Below, in pieces: positions 23,335-34,497 of a stretch of 64,000 bases of DNA. Numbering within the stretch: the stretch's first letter is position 1; each line of letters begins with the position of its first letter. The notes below the pieces were generated by a model. The model was not told the origin of the DNA. It did no database searches and saw only the letters and a program-made list of their open reading frames with translations. Source of the DNA: Cyanidioschyzon merolae (lineage: Eukaryota); NCBI GenBank assembly GCA_000091205.1, contig AP006483.2; one strand, written 5' to 3'. A program made the position numbers and the translations under genes.

Positions 23335-24429
23335 GCTACAGACGCATCGCAGCGTGACGTCACTGCGGACGTGCTTTTTGCGTAGCGACTCGCGCGGCTA
23401 CCCGTAGTAGGTGTCTTCTGGTGCGATATTCTCAGGATGCGACGTCTATACCATTAAACGTATTCCGTCATATGAGATTACAGAAAAAAATAAATGAAAA
23501 GATGCTTCTCTGGTGTTGCGGCAGCGCCCTGGGGATAGCACTGGCCTCGCCTACCATGCTTTGCACGCTTGCTCATGAGCAGAAGCGCGAATAGGTCGTA
23601 GTCTCCAGGTGACACCGCAGCAATACGCACACTGAGCGTTGCAACGCTGATCACACACGAGTTGCTACGGCTGATGCCTGCTATCATCGCCAGCCTGTTT
23701 CTGGAATCAAAGTGGCTCTTGTCGACTCAATCGGCAGAAACGGTGTCAAAATCGTTCATGTCGGTAAAGCGCCCTGGGATTTCATCGAGACTGAACGCGG
23801 AGCAGCAGCCCAGCGACGGCACTTTGTATGATGTGAGTGCCAGGGTCTAGGATACTTGAGTCTCTGTGGGCTCGTGATTCGAGCGACATTCACCACTGTG
23901 ATATGTCGTGTGCTGAGCGGAGCTCGTGGAGCAGCACGCTTGCAGGTCCAGCTGTGTGCATGTGCGATGCAGTGAGACGTGCCGCTGGAGCCGAAACTGC
24001 TCAGCGCTGCTTGGGGATCGGATCCTATTTTCTGGACAGGTACGATAAATTTCGCTGGGCATGCTCAGAGATGCACGAGTGCGACATGTGCGCAATGAAG
24101 AGACCATTGAATCCCTTTCGAGGCTTCCTCTTTTCATACGGTAAGGACTAGTCCGCCTGATGCGCGATAGAGCTCGATCGATCCAGGAACAGAGGGTGCG
24201 GTGAACGCCCGCAGCTTACGGCTGCCGCTTGTTACGGTGCTTCACCCCTTTCAGAATAAAATGGAACAGGTCTTCGAGCATCCGTGCATGCAGTATAGTT
24301 TGGGTCTCTTGCTAAGGCCAAGACCACGAGCCTTTGCAGGCCTTTTCCGTGACTGGTGCCTTTTCCTGTCCCGCATCTACGGCTTCACACAGGCCGGTCT
24401 CTCGTTTCCCTTCAGCTCTGCTATCTGTG

Positions 24430-25080
24430 ATCAAGTGGTGTTGTTCGCGACGTTTAAGCCCGGATTTCGTTGTGCCTGGTAGTTGCCGACGCATCTGATG
24501 CAAACATGATATTCGTGATATGCGCGTCGCTTGCCACTTTTATCTACGTTGTACCCAGTCTCTGTGTACCTTAGGCAGCGGTGACAATCGTTCCGTAGAT
24601 AGCTGTTTTCCTGTGTCCACAGCATCTTCTCAGTCACCGAGGACCGTCCTGTAGCGCATGAACACTTGTTTCATCGCTCGGAACGTGCCCTTGACGATTA
24701 CAGAAGCATCCTCTCCGTGCCATTCTCTGTTTCCGTTCTCGGTGGCATGCCCTACGATCACGGTCTTCTTCTGGGCGTTCTCACTGGTGAGTACGTTGAT
24801 CAACGCCCGCTCGAGCACGAGATGTTCCAATCGACCTCGAATTACTTGAGCGCGACTTTATCCACACTGAAACACTGCCAGAATTCGAGTTCTGGCCGCA
24901 GTACAAGTCAGGAACTTTTGATCCGTTTACGCTAGCTTTGTGAAAAGCGGAATCGAACTCGACACTGGAAGCGATTAATGCGATGCATCATGCTGGAGAC
25001 TTATACCCTTTTCGATGCAAACAGAAGAGACGGGTAGTCTCTAGCAGCATATCCACCGAAGAGTATCATGCGGGGGTCGA
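24430..25080. repeat. Diverged paralogous segment B (pairs with 16550-17110)
   Basis: See segment A. Confidence 0.6.
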
Positions 25081-26136
25081 ATATAGCTTTGTCGATTCCA
25101 ATAAAAAAGAAGAGATTTGTCTCCCGAATGAAAACTATCGTTGGATGCGACAAGTTCAGCCAATAGCGGTCACGAGCTAGTGAATAAACCGTGGAGGGAT
25201 GATGTCGAGTAGTTTGCTCGTAAATCCAGCAGTACCATTCTCTTCAAGTTTGTTTTCGCTTGGGGCATGACGATCGAAAACCTGATGCATACGTGATTCG
25301 ACAATATTGTACGAAAGAAAAGGAGAAGCGTGGACGCTTGCATGTATGAACTGGAAAATCTTATCTGGTATTTTATGAGGTCCCGCTCGAGTGCCTGTTG
25401 AATCAGCATGATGGCGGTGGCATGACCTCCATTCCCGTGGCAGATACCCTCATTAGTATCAGTCGGAAAACACAACCGAAAATCGTTAAACAACCTACGA
25501 CGCAGTTATTTCGTACCACTGCACTCCCAGCATCAACACCGTTCATCTAAAAATGTTCCGAAGAATACAAAAAAAAACAAGAACAGAATATATCATTCAG
25601 AGTTCCTGACATGGGTGTGGATACGCCGCTGCCGCCACACTCGTTGTTCACAGGTAGGGCGGCTTCATGGTGCTTGCGCAAGTAGCTTATAGGGACGTGA
25701 ACTTTTTGACACAAGCAGCGGTTGCGTTTGCGCAACCAGGCACTTAAGCCACGTGGTTTGCTTGCCCCAGAGGCGCCCGTTGGCCTGGTGTTTTATGAAC
25801 AAGGCACCAGTCGCTGGCAGGGGAAACGAGCTTTATCACGTGGTACGCGTGTGCTGTTTGGATGTGTTTCCACGTTTGTGTCGCACGACTACACAACCGA
25901 AGCCTTTGACTTTACCAGTTTGCGTAGTACCTTCTGGGTATACCGCTCCGCGCAGCGAGAGCACGCTTTCGGGAGCTTCACGCCTTGAACGGCACCCGTA
26001 TGGCAAGACGAACACTACACGTCAGAAAACCCGCGAGCTAGAAGCAAGTGCACCGTGCCGTGTTCGTTGTAGGTTGAGGTGAACGCACAGAAGCGAGCCC
26101 GGTGATTGCTCCAGAGCCCCGCTTCAAGCAATTATC

Positions 26137-29079
26137 GTGTCGCAGAGCGCTGCAGGTCGCATACACGTGGGTCTCGTCAATAGCTCCGGGCTCGACGCTG
26201 CCGCAACATCTGCTTTTGCTCAGAGTGCCTGTCGGGTATACCTGCAACGCTCAACGTCTGTCTCCATGGATGCGGCTCTAGGCGCACTGCCACCCGGTCG
26301 CACGGGTCGCGTGCTGCTCTTGGACCCCGCCGCAACCGACACTTTCTCACTCTACGCCGAAACGATACCAGCCTGGCCCGCGGCATGGCACGTTTCGTAC
26401 TGTGCAGTGTTGGGAAAACGCCCCAGCAGCTGGAGCGTCCCCACAGATTACCACGCTAATCGCAACGGTTTGCAGATTGCAGCACTTCTGCATGCGAGCA
26501 ACGCCCGTGCAGTGACCTGGCTGCTCGAGTGGCTGGAAGATATTGGTGCGAAGGCAGCAGCACCACCGCTGCTGAGTCACAAACCCGCTGCACACCATCA
26601 AAGAGAAGCGGCATATGGGCAGATGCCAGCGGCAGCGCAAACTGCGCAGCCACAACATCGAGTCGTGTTCACTCCATGGATCTCGGAGAGCGCATTGCGT
26701 CGTCTCGCCAAAGCTGGATGGTTGAAAAACTGCTCCATTGGACTGCTGGAACCGCGATTCCATCGAGTGAGCCCAACATTGCTGACCCTAGGCTGGGTAT
26801 CGCTAACGTCACTATCGCACGCGTTTACCTACCAGTGCGATTATGCACAGGCGCTTGTGCGCGCACTTGGCTCTCTCGGGTATGCGTGGGAAGAGATACG
26901 AGCCCTGGGATCATTCTCTGAGAAGGTCGCCGAACAACTAGCCAGTGAATATGTCGATCAGCACCACACAGAGCGGCCACTTGAAGCGCGTAGCGCTCCG
27001 GAGACGTGTACTGAATCGGAAGCGGCAACAGCAACAGCAACAGCGGGTACAGATGCTGCGACAATCACTTGCACTGCCCACGTTGCCGATACCTCTCCCA
27101 CTGACAGTACGCCTGATTCAATGCGAGATGTTTCGCGTGTCTCGGCCACGGCTTGGCAACATCCTCGCGTAACGCGCTCAACACTTCACTCTTACACAGC
27201 GGCATCAAATGAGGTTGCACCTGATCACCCGTACCGTTCAGTGCGTTCATCACTGAGACATGACATCGGAGACTTGCTGACGCCCCGGGATGGGGTCCTG
27301 GAGCCGTGGCAACTGCTCGGTCACGGGTCGCTAGCAGACACCACCGGGCACCACAGTGCCCATGGACAAGATGCAGTCGACGCCAGCACGAAGCGCACGG
27401 CGGCTTGTTTCCGCCTCCCGGACCCGGCGCTACGCCACAACGGTACTGCCACTGCATGCGAACAGCAGCCACGAGGCCGCCTCGTTCTCCTCGATCGATG
27501 GTTAGATCCTATTACCCCGCTGCTCACGCCGATCACCGTGGAAGGCCTGGCGTACGAAATCTACAGGGAGCCGTTTTGGAAGCGCTGGCAATCGACAGAG
27601 CTCCAGTCCGGCACTGCGTTTCAACAGCAGCTCCAGGAACATGCGAAACGCATTCGTAGTGACCTGCATGCGGCTGCTCTAGCCGAAGCGAGCACTCCTG
27701 CTGCAACGGAGACCACTTCGTTTCGTCAGCGAGTGCAAACGATCTGTCGAGCGCCGTTTTTCGAGGCTACCGCTAAAATTGGCGAATGGGCTCGTCAGCT
27801 GAAGCGTTTTTCAGAGACGCGTCCCGATCCCAAGGAAGCCTCTATGGACGAAATGACCGCCTATGTTCGAGCGTTGCGCCACAACCAAGCAGAGCAGGCC
27901 GTGGTGTCTGCGCTCTTGCACATCGTCGAGCGTTTGAGTGCCGAAACCTTCGATCAGGCCTATTTTCGGGAGCTGCTCTCCCTAGAGCGCGATCTCCTGA
28001 CTGGCGAAGCGGAACGCCGCAGCGCTTCAGAGTCCGTTGCTGCACGCCTGGAGCGCCTACTGGCGGCGGTAGCTGCAGCTCCAGCTGACAGCTGGCTCGC
28101 TGACACTGCAGTCTTCTGGCGGCTCGTCCTGCTGCACGGTCTCTGCACCGGTTCTGATGAACTGCTTGATCGCTATCCGAGTCTGCTGCATACTGCTGTA
28201 TGTTGCTATGGACTCCAGCAATTGCGTTTGGACTGGCAGGCGCTCTGCGAATCTGACCTTTTAGCGCCCCTGACGCGTCGCCTCCAAGGTTTGCGGCACG
28301 GGGCTGGTTTTCTAGCCGCCAGCAACTTTGACTGGCCGCTCCTTCGAGAGGTGCTGGAGCTCACGGCAGTCGAACCGAGCGTGATGGACGCATACGCGGG
28401 GTATTTGCCGCTCAGTGCCGCCTTAGCTGTAGTCGCTTGCGATGGGAAGCGCTCGAGCCGCCATTCTGCAATGTCGCCGGCTCGAGAGCCGCGCAGCAAA
28501 CCTCCCGGCCAAAGTGCAGACGTCATGGAGCGGCATGACGAAGACAGCAATCCCCACGTTAAAAGCGTTGAGCACCAGCTGAGCGACATGAACGCTACTT
28601 CCCGGATGGATGCGAGTCTGGGGCGATCTTCCCGTTCAGAGAATGAGGCCTCCATGCGTCACGAGCTGCAGACCCTAGAGGCGGATCGCTCTCTGCTCAT
28701 TCTGCGTCAGACGCCTAATATCTTGCGCCCGGTACGTCCACGCGGATGGCATCACAGCGCTTTCGCCGAGCTTTGCCAGAGGGCGCTTCGATGCCGGAGT
28801 CGCCCGCTGCAGAGGCGGATTCCGCAGACGCCAAGGCAGCGGGCATCACGCTCGCCTCCGAGCACACAAAGCCCAACACCAGCCACCACGGAATGCATTG
28901 TCGTACTGGGTGGTTGTTCGCCAGTCGAAGCGCATTGCATAGCATCAACAGTGGCGCGCTGCAGGGGTAACGCGTGTGCTGTCCAGGTTCTGAGTACTGG
29001 TCTGTTTTCGAGTCGTGAGTGGCTCATCGCGGCCATCCACGACCACGATCGTCCGTCTTGGATGCATCCAGAGCCCTGA
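26137..29079 (+). CDS. Sec1/Munc18-like (SM family) protein with long C-terminal extension (tentative)
   Basis: 980 aa. RVLLLDPAATDTFSLYAE near the N-terminus and LVLLDRWLDPITPLLTPITVEGLAYEIY resemble SM-family domain-1/2 motifs (KVLVLD..., LLILDRxxDxxxPLLHxxTYQAL). The rest is low-complexity and unrecognised. Confidence 0.4.
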   Translation: MSQSAAGRIHVGLVNSSGLDAAATSAFAQSACRVYLQRSTSVSMDAALGALPPGRTGRVLLLDPAATDTFSLYAETIPAWPAAWHVSYCAVLGKRPSSWSVPTDYHANRNGLQIAALLHASNARAVTWLLEWLEDIGAKAAAPPLLSHKPAAHHQREAAYGQMPAAAQTAQPQHRVVFTPWISESALRRLAKAGWLKNCSIGLLEPRFHRVSPTLLTLGWVSLTSLSHAFTYQCDYAQALVRALGSLGYAWEEIRALGSFSEKVAEQLASEYVDQHHTERPLEARSAPETCTESEAATATATAGTDAATITCTAHVADTSPTDSTPDSMRDVSRVSATAWQHPRVTRSTLHSYTAASNEVAPDHPYRSVRSSLRHDIGDLLTPRDGVLEPWQLLGHGSLADTTGHHSAHGQDAVDASTKRTAACFRLPDPALRHNGTATACEQQPRGRLVLLDRWLDPITPLLTPITVEGLAYEIYREPFWKRWQSTELQSGTAFQQQLQEHAKRIRSDLHAAALAEASTPAATETTSFRQRVQTICRAPFFEATAKIGEWARQLKRFSETRPDPKEASMDEMTAYVRALRHNQAEQAVVSALLHIVERLSAETFDQAYFRELLSLERDLLTGEAERRSASESVAARLERLLAAVAAAPADSWLADTAVFWRLVLLHGLCTGSDELLDRYPSLLHTAVCCYGLQQLRLDWQALCESDLLAPLTRRLQGLRHGAGFLAASNFDWPLLREVLELTAVEPSVMDAYAGYLPLSAALAVVACDGKRSSRHSAMSPAREPRSKPPGQSADVMERHDEDSNPHVKSVEHQLSDMNATSRMDASLGRSSRSENEASMRHELQTLEADRSLLILRQTPNILRPVRPRGWHHSAFAELCQRALRCRSRPLQRRIPQTPRQRASRSPPSTQSPTPATTECIVVLGGCSPVEAHCIASTVARCRGNACAVQVLSTGLFSSREWLIAAIHDHDRPSWMHPEP

Positions 29080-31449
29080 AGTGCCTCGATGCACCAGCCA
29101 TTCTCGACGTGAACGTCGTGCTCATCATTGGGGTCTTCGGCGTCGTACACGCCACCGTTGCTGCAACAATGAATGGCAACTCTACAGCGATCTAACGTTG
29201 AGGTTGCGCGTTCAAGTCTCGGCCTGGTGCAGAGCCCTGCAGACTCCCCCTGGAGGACTCTGTTTTTGGAGGCGTACATACAGGCAGGTTCACGCTCGTC
29301 GAGCATCCGGCACATTGCGCTTGGCACCCAGAGGGTACTGTTCGGTGGGGATCGGAAGCCTCACGGGCTATGTGGTGATCAGTGCGACAACGACGCCCTC
29401 GATGATGCCTGTAGCCAATGTCGCAGTGGCAGCAACAACAGTGGTACGCGTGATCCAGGAACAACGACGCGTTGCGGTAATTTTTAGAGTTCCCTCGGTA
29501 ACGTTTGCGCGGTATTGTGTTGGGAACTTCGCCCCGTTATCTGTGTTGAATTAGGCAGGCAGATTCCATGAGGCGACTCAAAGACCAAATGAGATTCCTG
29601 TTACATATATGTAGACGTTCTATGCGACCGAGGACGTGTGATCGTCACGGGTAGCGGACTCGGGGTGCTCTCGACATCATGCAGTGCCTGCCGAGATACT
29701 GCACTTCAGATAGGAGTCGTGGAACGTCTACCACAACCTCAGTCATATTCGAACACCATTCGCTATGCTATATGCGCTGTCCATACCATAGCTACCGAGA
29801 AAGCTCCTTGGTATCTGCAGGAGCTAGAGCCTCAACCCTAACAAAAAGTCCTACTGGATCGCCCGAAGATGACTGCGTAGTGCAGGAACACGTTTTCTTG
29901 TGCCGCTGGAGTGCGATAGCCCTAGATAGGCGGAACGTCGCCGTTTTGCTAGCTGTAAGTTCTGGTTACGCCGCTGGACCTAAATTTTTCGGGGAAATCG
30001 ACTGCTTCAAACTTCGTAACGATACGTTCTCGAGGTCCATGTTTACCAATCTGATCCATGCGTCCTTAAATGGCGTCAAAACGTGCCGTCTCTCGCAACG
30101 CGTCACCTGGATCCGTTTCGGAGACTTTAAGTGAACGTTTGCCTTGTCATAAACGGCTCTCCCCCAGTGCTCCATTCACCACTTGTTTCCCTCTAGGCAC
30201 TTGACACTGTCCGGCTGGGCAGGTACGTCGCACAACACCGACATGCTTGCAGGCCACGTACAGCAATTCGAGATAATTTTTATTCACCCCTGCTCTCTGG
30301 AATAGAAAGCTATTTCGCAGTGTTCAGCAGGTGATCGAAATCACGATACGATGCACTGCACTGATCGAAGACGAATTGTCTGTAGAGTATTTTATTTACT
30401 AAACATTGCAATCAGGACAACATTCCTGCTTCAAATCACCCATATCACAGTATTCAGATGGTTGTGGAACATTGAAAGCAAGAAGTATATGCGCTCCGTA
30501 ACAAGAACCAATATTCTTGAGTACTCTTTGCGGTCAATGGTAGAGAACGACCCGTTGATCACCCTAGGGAAAGCACGAGCGACGATGGTAGCCGGCATGG
30601 GCGTCTCAGTTTTCCAGCAGCTTGTTTGCGTGGTCCTGAAAACGCTGGGGTATAGTCGCAAAAAATGAGTCCTAGTTCAATGACGGCCACTGTCTACCGA
30701 AATCACATCTACAGCAAAGTTCCTGGAATCTCACTATCGGTCTGATGTACAGGGATGTCATTGTTTTCTACAGTCGATGAGACTTGCTTCGAATGAAACG
30801 GTCAGAGCTTATGTGGATATTTGCGGAGCAGGGAGCCCGTTGTTTGTACGATCGATTTCGAAGAGAGCGATCATATCGTTATTTGGTCAAGCTGCAGTGG
30901 ATTCAAGTGACGGCCTCAGTTTGGCTCGCAGAGGAGGCTCATACAGGAACACCATCCACTTTGTCGAATGGTTGAAGACTATCGCTTGGTGTCTGGCGAC
31001 GTGTTTCTATTGATCAGAGTGAGATTTCAGCATCCCCGTCGCGTTCGAGCCTTTGCGGATTGTATCGGGGTAGAGCTGCTTTTCATTCTTCCGTACACTC
31101 TATGATTCAACCGCATTGAAAGAGTGATTTTAACCTTGAAACGCAAATGTTCCACCACTGGGCGGATCTCGCGAAGCGATCAGCACACGGTGACATACCA
31201 GGGACACATATCGCCTTTCTTCTGATAGTGCGTCTCCCCGCGGGAAGTCTCTTCCCGAAGGCCGTAAATGAGAGCGTCCATTTGAGGAAATAAAAAATCC
31301 GAGGCAAGGTATGGACATGGAAGTCGAGGATCCCCGAGGGCCGTCAACGCCGGCTGCCCGACAAGAACAAATGAAAAAAAACAACATCTTCTCGCTGACC
31401 GTCGAGCGAAGGAGAGCAAGTGACTGAGGCGAATAAGAAGTAGAGGGCA

Positions 31450-31760
31450 GATAGGCGAGAAAATGTATTTGCCCAGCGGGACGATGACGAGACGCTGGTG
31501 GCACAGAGGCCATGAGTTCGAAGAATCCTTGCTTGCACTGGTGCTTCATCCAGAGGCAATAAACCTATGGTTTTCGTGAATCGTGACTTCAGAGCTGCCC
31601 TCAAACTGAGACGGTGTGCGGTACAGAGTACGAGACCCGATGAGCTGACGCGATCCAACTTCCTGGGGCAGCCTCTCAGGCTCGGAGTCTACGTGGAAAA
31701 ACTCAAATCGATAGCAGGAGGCAGGTCAAACAAGGCTGGAAGGCGTCTGGACACAGACAC
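31450..31760 (+). pseudogene. Fragment of a third TnpB/Fanzor-like copy (C-terminal RuvC-III region only, degenerate)
   Basis: MVFVNRDFRAALKLRRCAV...SNFLGQPLRLGVYVEKLKSIAGGRS parallels copy1 [18 protein letters not shown]...[25 protein letters not shown]. The preceding frame gives ESLLALV, matching RGLLALVST in copy 2. The NAAxNI motif has decayed to RAALKL. Confidence 0.6.
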
Positions 31761-31935
31761 AACTACACACACACATGTGTATATCCATATCCGCTCGGTC
31801 ATTATAGAACGTTTTCGTGGCATTGGATATCCATGCATCGCTGGTCGACGCTAGTTCAGGGTGCGGCGTTCCGCGAGCCGCTCGCAACCGGAAAAGTGTT
31901 TGCGTTCTCTGGTGCCAGCACGCTAACGATAGCAT

Positions 31936-33372
31936 ATGGGAAACGCTACAGCTCTATTCTACCTGGTATTTCTGGCCTGGATCCTGCTGCTTCATTTGCC
32001 GCTGTGGCTGCGCTTGTCACCACGTGAGGCGTCAGTATCAAGGGGGAACCTGACTGCGGAAGCGATCGAAACCCTCCAGTCGTACCTGCGCATCGACACT
32101 GCCCAGCCACAACCTCAGTACCGTAAGGCAGTTCGCTTCATCAAGCAGGCCTGCAAACGAGCTGGTCTTGAAGGTTTCCACCAGTTCTCGTTTCAGCGTG
32201 GTCGACTCGGGGCGGTCTGTAGTGTCCAGGGACGCGAGCCGCACCTTGGAGCGGTGGTGCTGAACTCGCACATTGACGTCGTGCCGGCCGAGTCGTCCGC
32301 CTGGCGCCTGGCGCCTCCTTTCTCAGCAGCTATTGTCGACGGAAACGTGGTCGCTAGGGGCTCACAAGATATGAAGACGCAAGGAGTGCAGTACCTGGAG
32401 GCGCTGCGTCGGCTACGCGCACAGGCCGGCGACAAGTGGCCTATGCGGCGAACGGTCCACGTGCTCTTTGTGCCGGATGAGGAGGTCGGTGGTCGCACGG
32501 GGATGGCTTCGCTGGTGAACTCCAGTCTATGGCGTGATACATTGCGCCCGGCAGTGCTGATCGACGAGTGTCTTCCCGAGACTCGCCTCGGTGTCTACAA
32601 AGTATGCTATGGCGAGAGACAGCCCTGGTGGATGACCATTCGAACGAGCCATCACACTGCGCATGGCGGAACGCTCCCCGCAGATACGGCGATTCAACGT
32701 CTTTTTGCGCTGTTAGACAACGTACTTGCGTATCGAGAGCAACAGCGCCTTGCTGTAGAGAGCCAGAGGAAAGCGCTGGGCGAGGTGCTTGGCGTCAATG
32801 TGGTCCACTGGGCCAGCAGCGGCAACGGGAACGCCACCAATGTCATCCCGAGTGATGCAGAAATCCGACTGGATATGCGCGTCCCGCCACATATGTCTGA
32901 ACTGGAGGTACTTGCGCTGTTAGAGGAGTGGACACGAGGCTCGTGCAACTGGCACTCGCACAACGGCGAACTTTTGTGTGCGAATGCTACGTACCGTATC
33001 CAGTTCATTGATCGAGTCATTGCACCGTATCGCGAAGTGGTTGACGAGGCCGAGTCTATGCTCTATCGGGCGATTGCCATCGCAGGAAGAGCACGAAACA
33101 TCAGTCTCGAACCGTTTGTGTTCCCCATGAGTACGGACTCGCGGTATGTGCGTCAGGCGGGTGTCCCAGCGTATGGTATCATGGCGCTGGACGGGGTCCT
33201 GCAGGGAGCGCAGTTACATCAGCCTGATGAGTCTGTGCCACTGACTGCGTTCGAGCGAGGTATTTCGTTTTACATGGAATTGGTGCGTCAACTCGCCGAG
33301 GAAGCGCACTGGGAAGCAACCGCAGACGTTGCGAACGTAACTGCCCGTCGGCATACTTCGGATGAACTGTAG
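31936..33372 (+). CDS. M20-family metallopeptidase, aminoacylase-1 type, with N-terminal signal/anchor
   Basis: 478 aa. VLNSHIDVVPA, ARGSQDMK, HVLFVPDEEVGG parallel the ACY1 consensus LLNSHTDVVP / ARGAQDMK / PDEEVGG. The hydrophobic N-terminus is MGNATALFYLVFLAWILLLHLPLWL. Confidence 0.8.
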   Translation: MGNATALFYLVFLAWILLLHLPLWLRLSPREASVSRGNLTAEAIETLQSYLRIDTAQPQPQYRKAVRFIKQACKRAGLEGFHQFSFQRGRLGAVCSVQGREPHLGAVVLNSHIDVVPAESSAWRLAPPFSAAIVDGNVVARGSQDMKTQGVQYLEALRRLRAQAGDKWPMRRTVHVLFVPDEEVGGRTGMASLVNSSLWRDTLRPAVLIDECLPETRLGVYKVCYGERQPWWMTIRTSHHTAHGGTLPADTAIQRLFALLDNVLAYREQQRLAVESQRKALGEVLGVNVVHWASSGNGNATNVIPSDAEIRLDMRVPPHMSELEVLALLEEWTRGSCNWHSHNGELLCANATYRIQFIDRVIAPYREVVDEAESMLYRAIAIAGRARNISLEPFVFPMSTDSRYVRQAGVPAYGIMALDGVLQGAQLHQPDESVPLTAFERGISFYMELVRQLAEEAHWEATADVANVTARRHTSDEL

Positions 33373-33446
33373 CAGTGGTGCGGCATCGACGTCGTCGGTC
33401 GCATTATGGTGCGGATGTCCCGAATATGATCTTGAGTACCGCATTC

Positions 33447-34497
33447 GCGGTAGTAGCGAATCGCGGAATATCAGTATCGTTCCTGCAACCATTGCCCAGC
33501 AAATCCTTCCCAGTGTACCAGTACGGCGCTGTCGCCTTGGTGCAATGCTGAACACCACCGTACCCGTGCCAGGCTCCAGGCGGGAATCCAATGCCGTCTA
33601 TCCCGGGGTACGGATTCATTGGCATCGAAAGCCTTGCACATCCCAGCACAATGCCAATAACGTGTACCAAACAATCACCTTAGACGCCCGCTCGAGACAC
33701 AGCCGCTGGACGCCCCGAATGCCCCAGACTCTTCTTCCGAATGGTGATCGAGGTGTCCAGGTCTCGGTTCAGAGCGAAAACACTGGCCGGCACGGCGGCT
33801 ACTGGCATCACACCCTAGCAAGCATCTCACCAGGTCGAGTCCGTCGGTACATGACACTCGATCAGCTTACCGTACACCACAGAGTGTACCGGGCTCCGTT
33901 CTATCCGCATCTTGTCAGCCTGATTCAACGAGAACTCATGCTCGTAATGCAGGTATGTCGCCCTGGAGGCATCCACGGGTGTCTAACAAGAATCAGTCGC
34001 TGCACTTATCGTCCGGTCTCGTCCACGAGACGCGAATGGAGGCCACGCGCACTGCAACCCGTGCACCGTCACAGGCTACGACTCACAGAGGCGTCTTGCT
34101 AGTCACTTGGCTTCGTGCCGCTCACGGAATAAGTTCGTGAATGCACGCTCCTCGCTGCCGTACACGAGACGCAGTCTAGGACTCCAGCACTCTATCATGT
34201 ACGCCTGTCCAGGGATCGTCCGCAGGAGCCTGCGGGACGCTGAGGCACGCGCTGAAGCGCGGAATCCCTCGCATCAGTCTTCGTGTTTTTCGGTGGCATT
34301 CCGGTGAGCGGACAGCGCCTACATCAGGCGCGCTCCACACGGACTCGGTTACTCTTCTGGGTTTCGACTCTCGTTAGAAACGCTTTGGAGCTTGCCTCGA
34401 GTGTGCTGCAATCATTAGCATCGCTACTCGACGCGCCACTGTATTCGGGATCAGCTGGGCAACGTCGTTCGACGTGTTGCCAGCGTACTGCATCTCC
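33447..34497. repeat. Direct repeat copy 1 (about 1.05 kb, about 99% identical to 39274-40327)
   Basis: Starts right after the aminoacylase stop codon. Identity begins at ...cgcgg[t/g]a[g/a]tagcgaatcgcggaatatcag and ends at ...gttgccagcgtactgcatc. Embedded ORF translations differ at about 7 of 210 codons. Confidence 0.85.

Noticed and set aside
24600-25500. Recurring GHAT..GN / GNGGHAT peptide motif on the minus strand (24700-24760, 25400-25445) suggesting an internally repetitive gene
   Set aside because: The motif order is inverted between the two sites and the similarity reduces to a shared 'catgccacc' nonamer, which is probably coincidental.
33362-34102. 246-aa and 221-aa ORFs inside the two 1.05-kb direct repeats (and minus-strand 33214-33591 / 39176-39421)
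   Set aside because: They are near-identical only because the DNA is duplicated. They have no recognisable domain, are Arg/Ser/His-rich, and overlap the 3' end of the aminoacylase gene, so they are likely non-coding.
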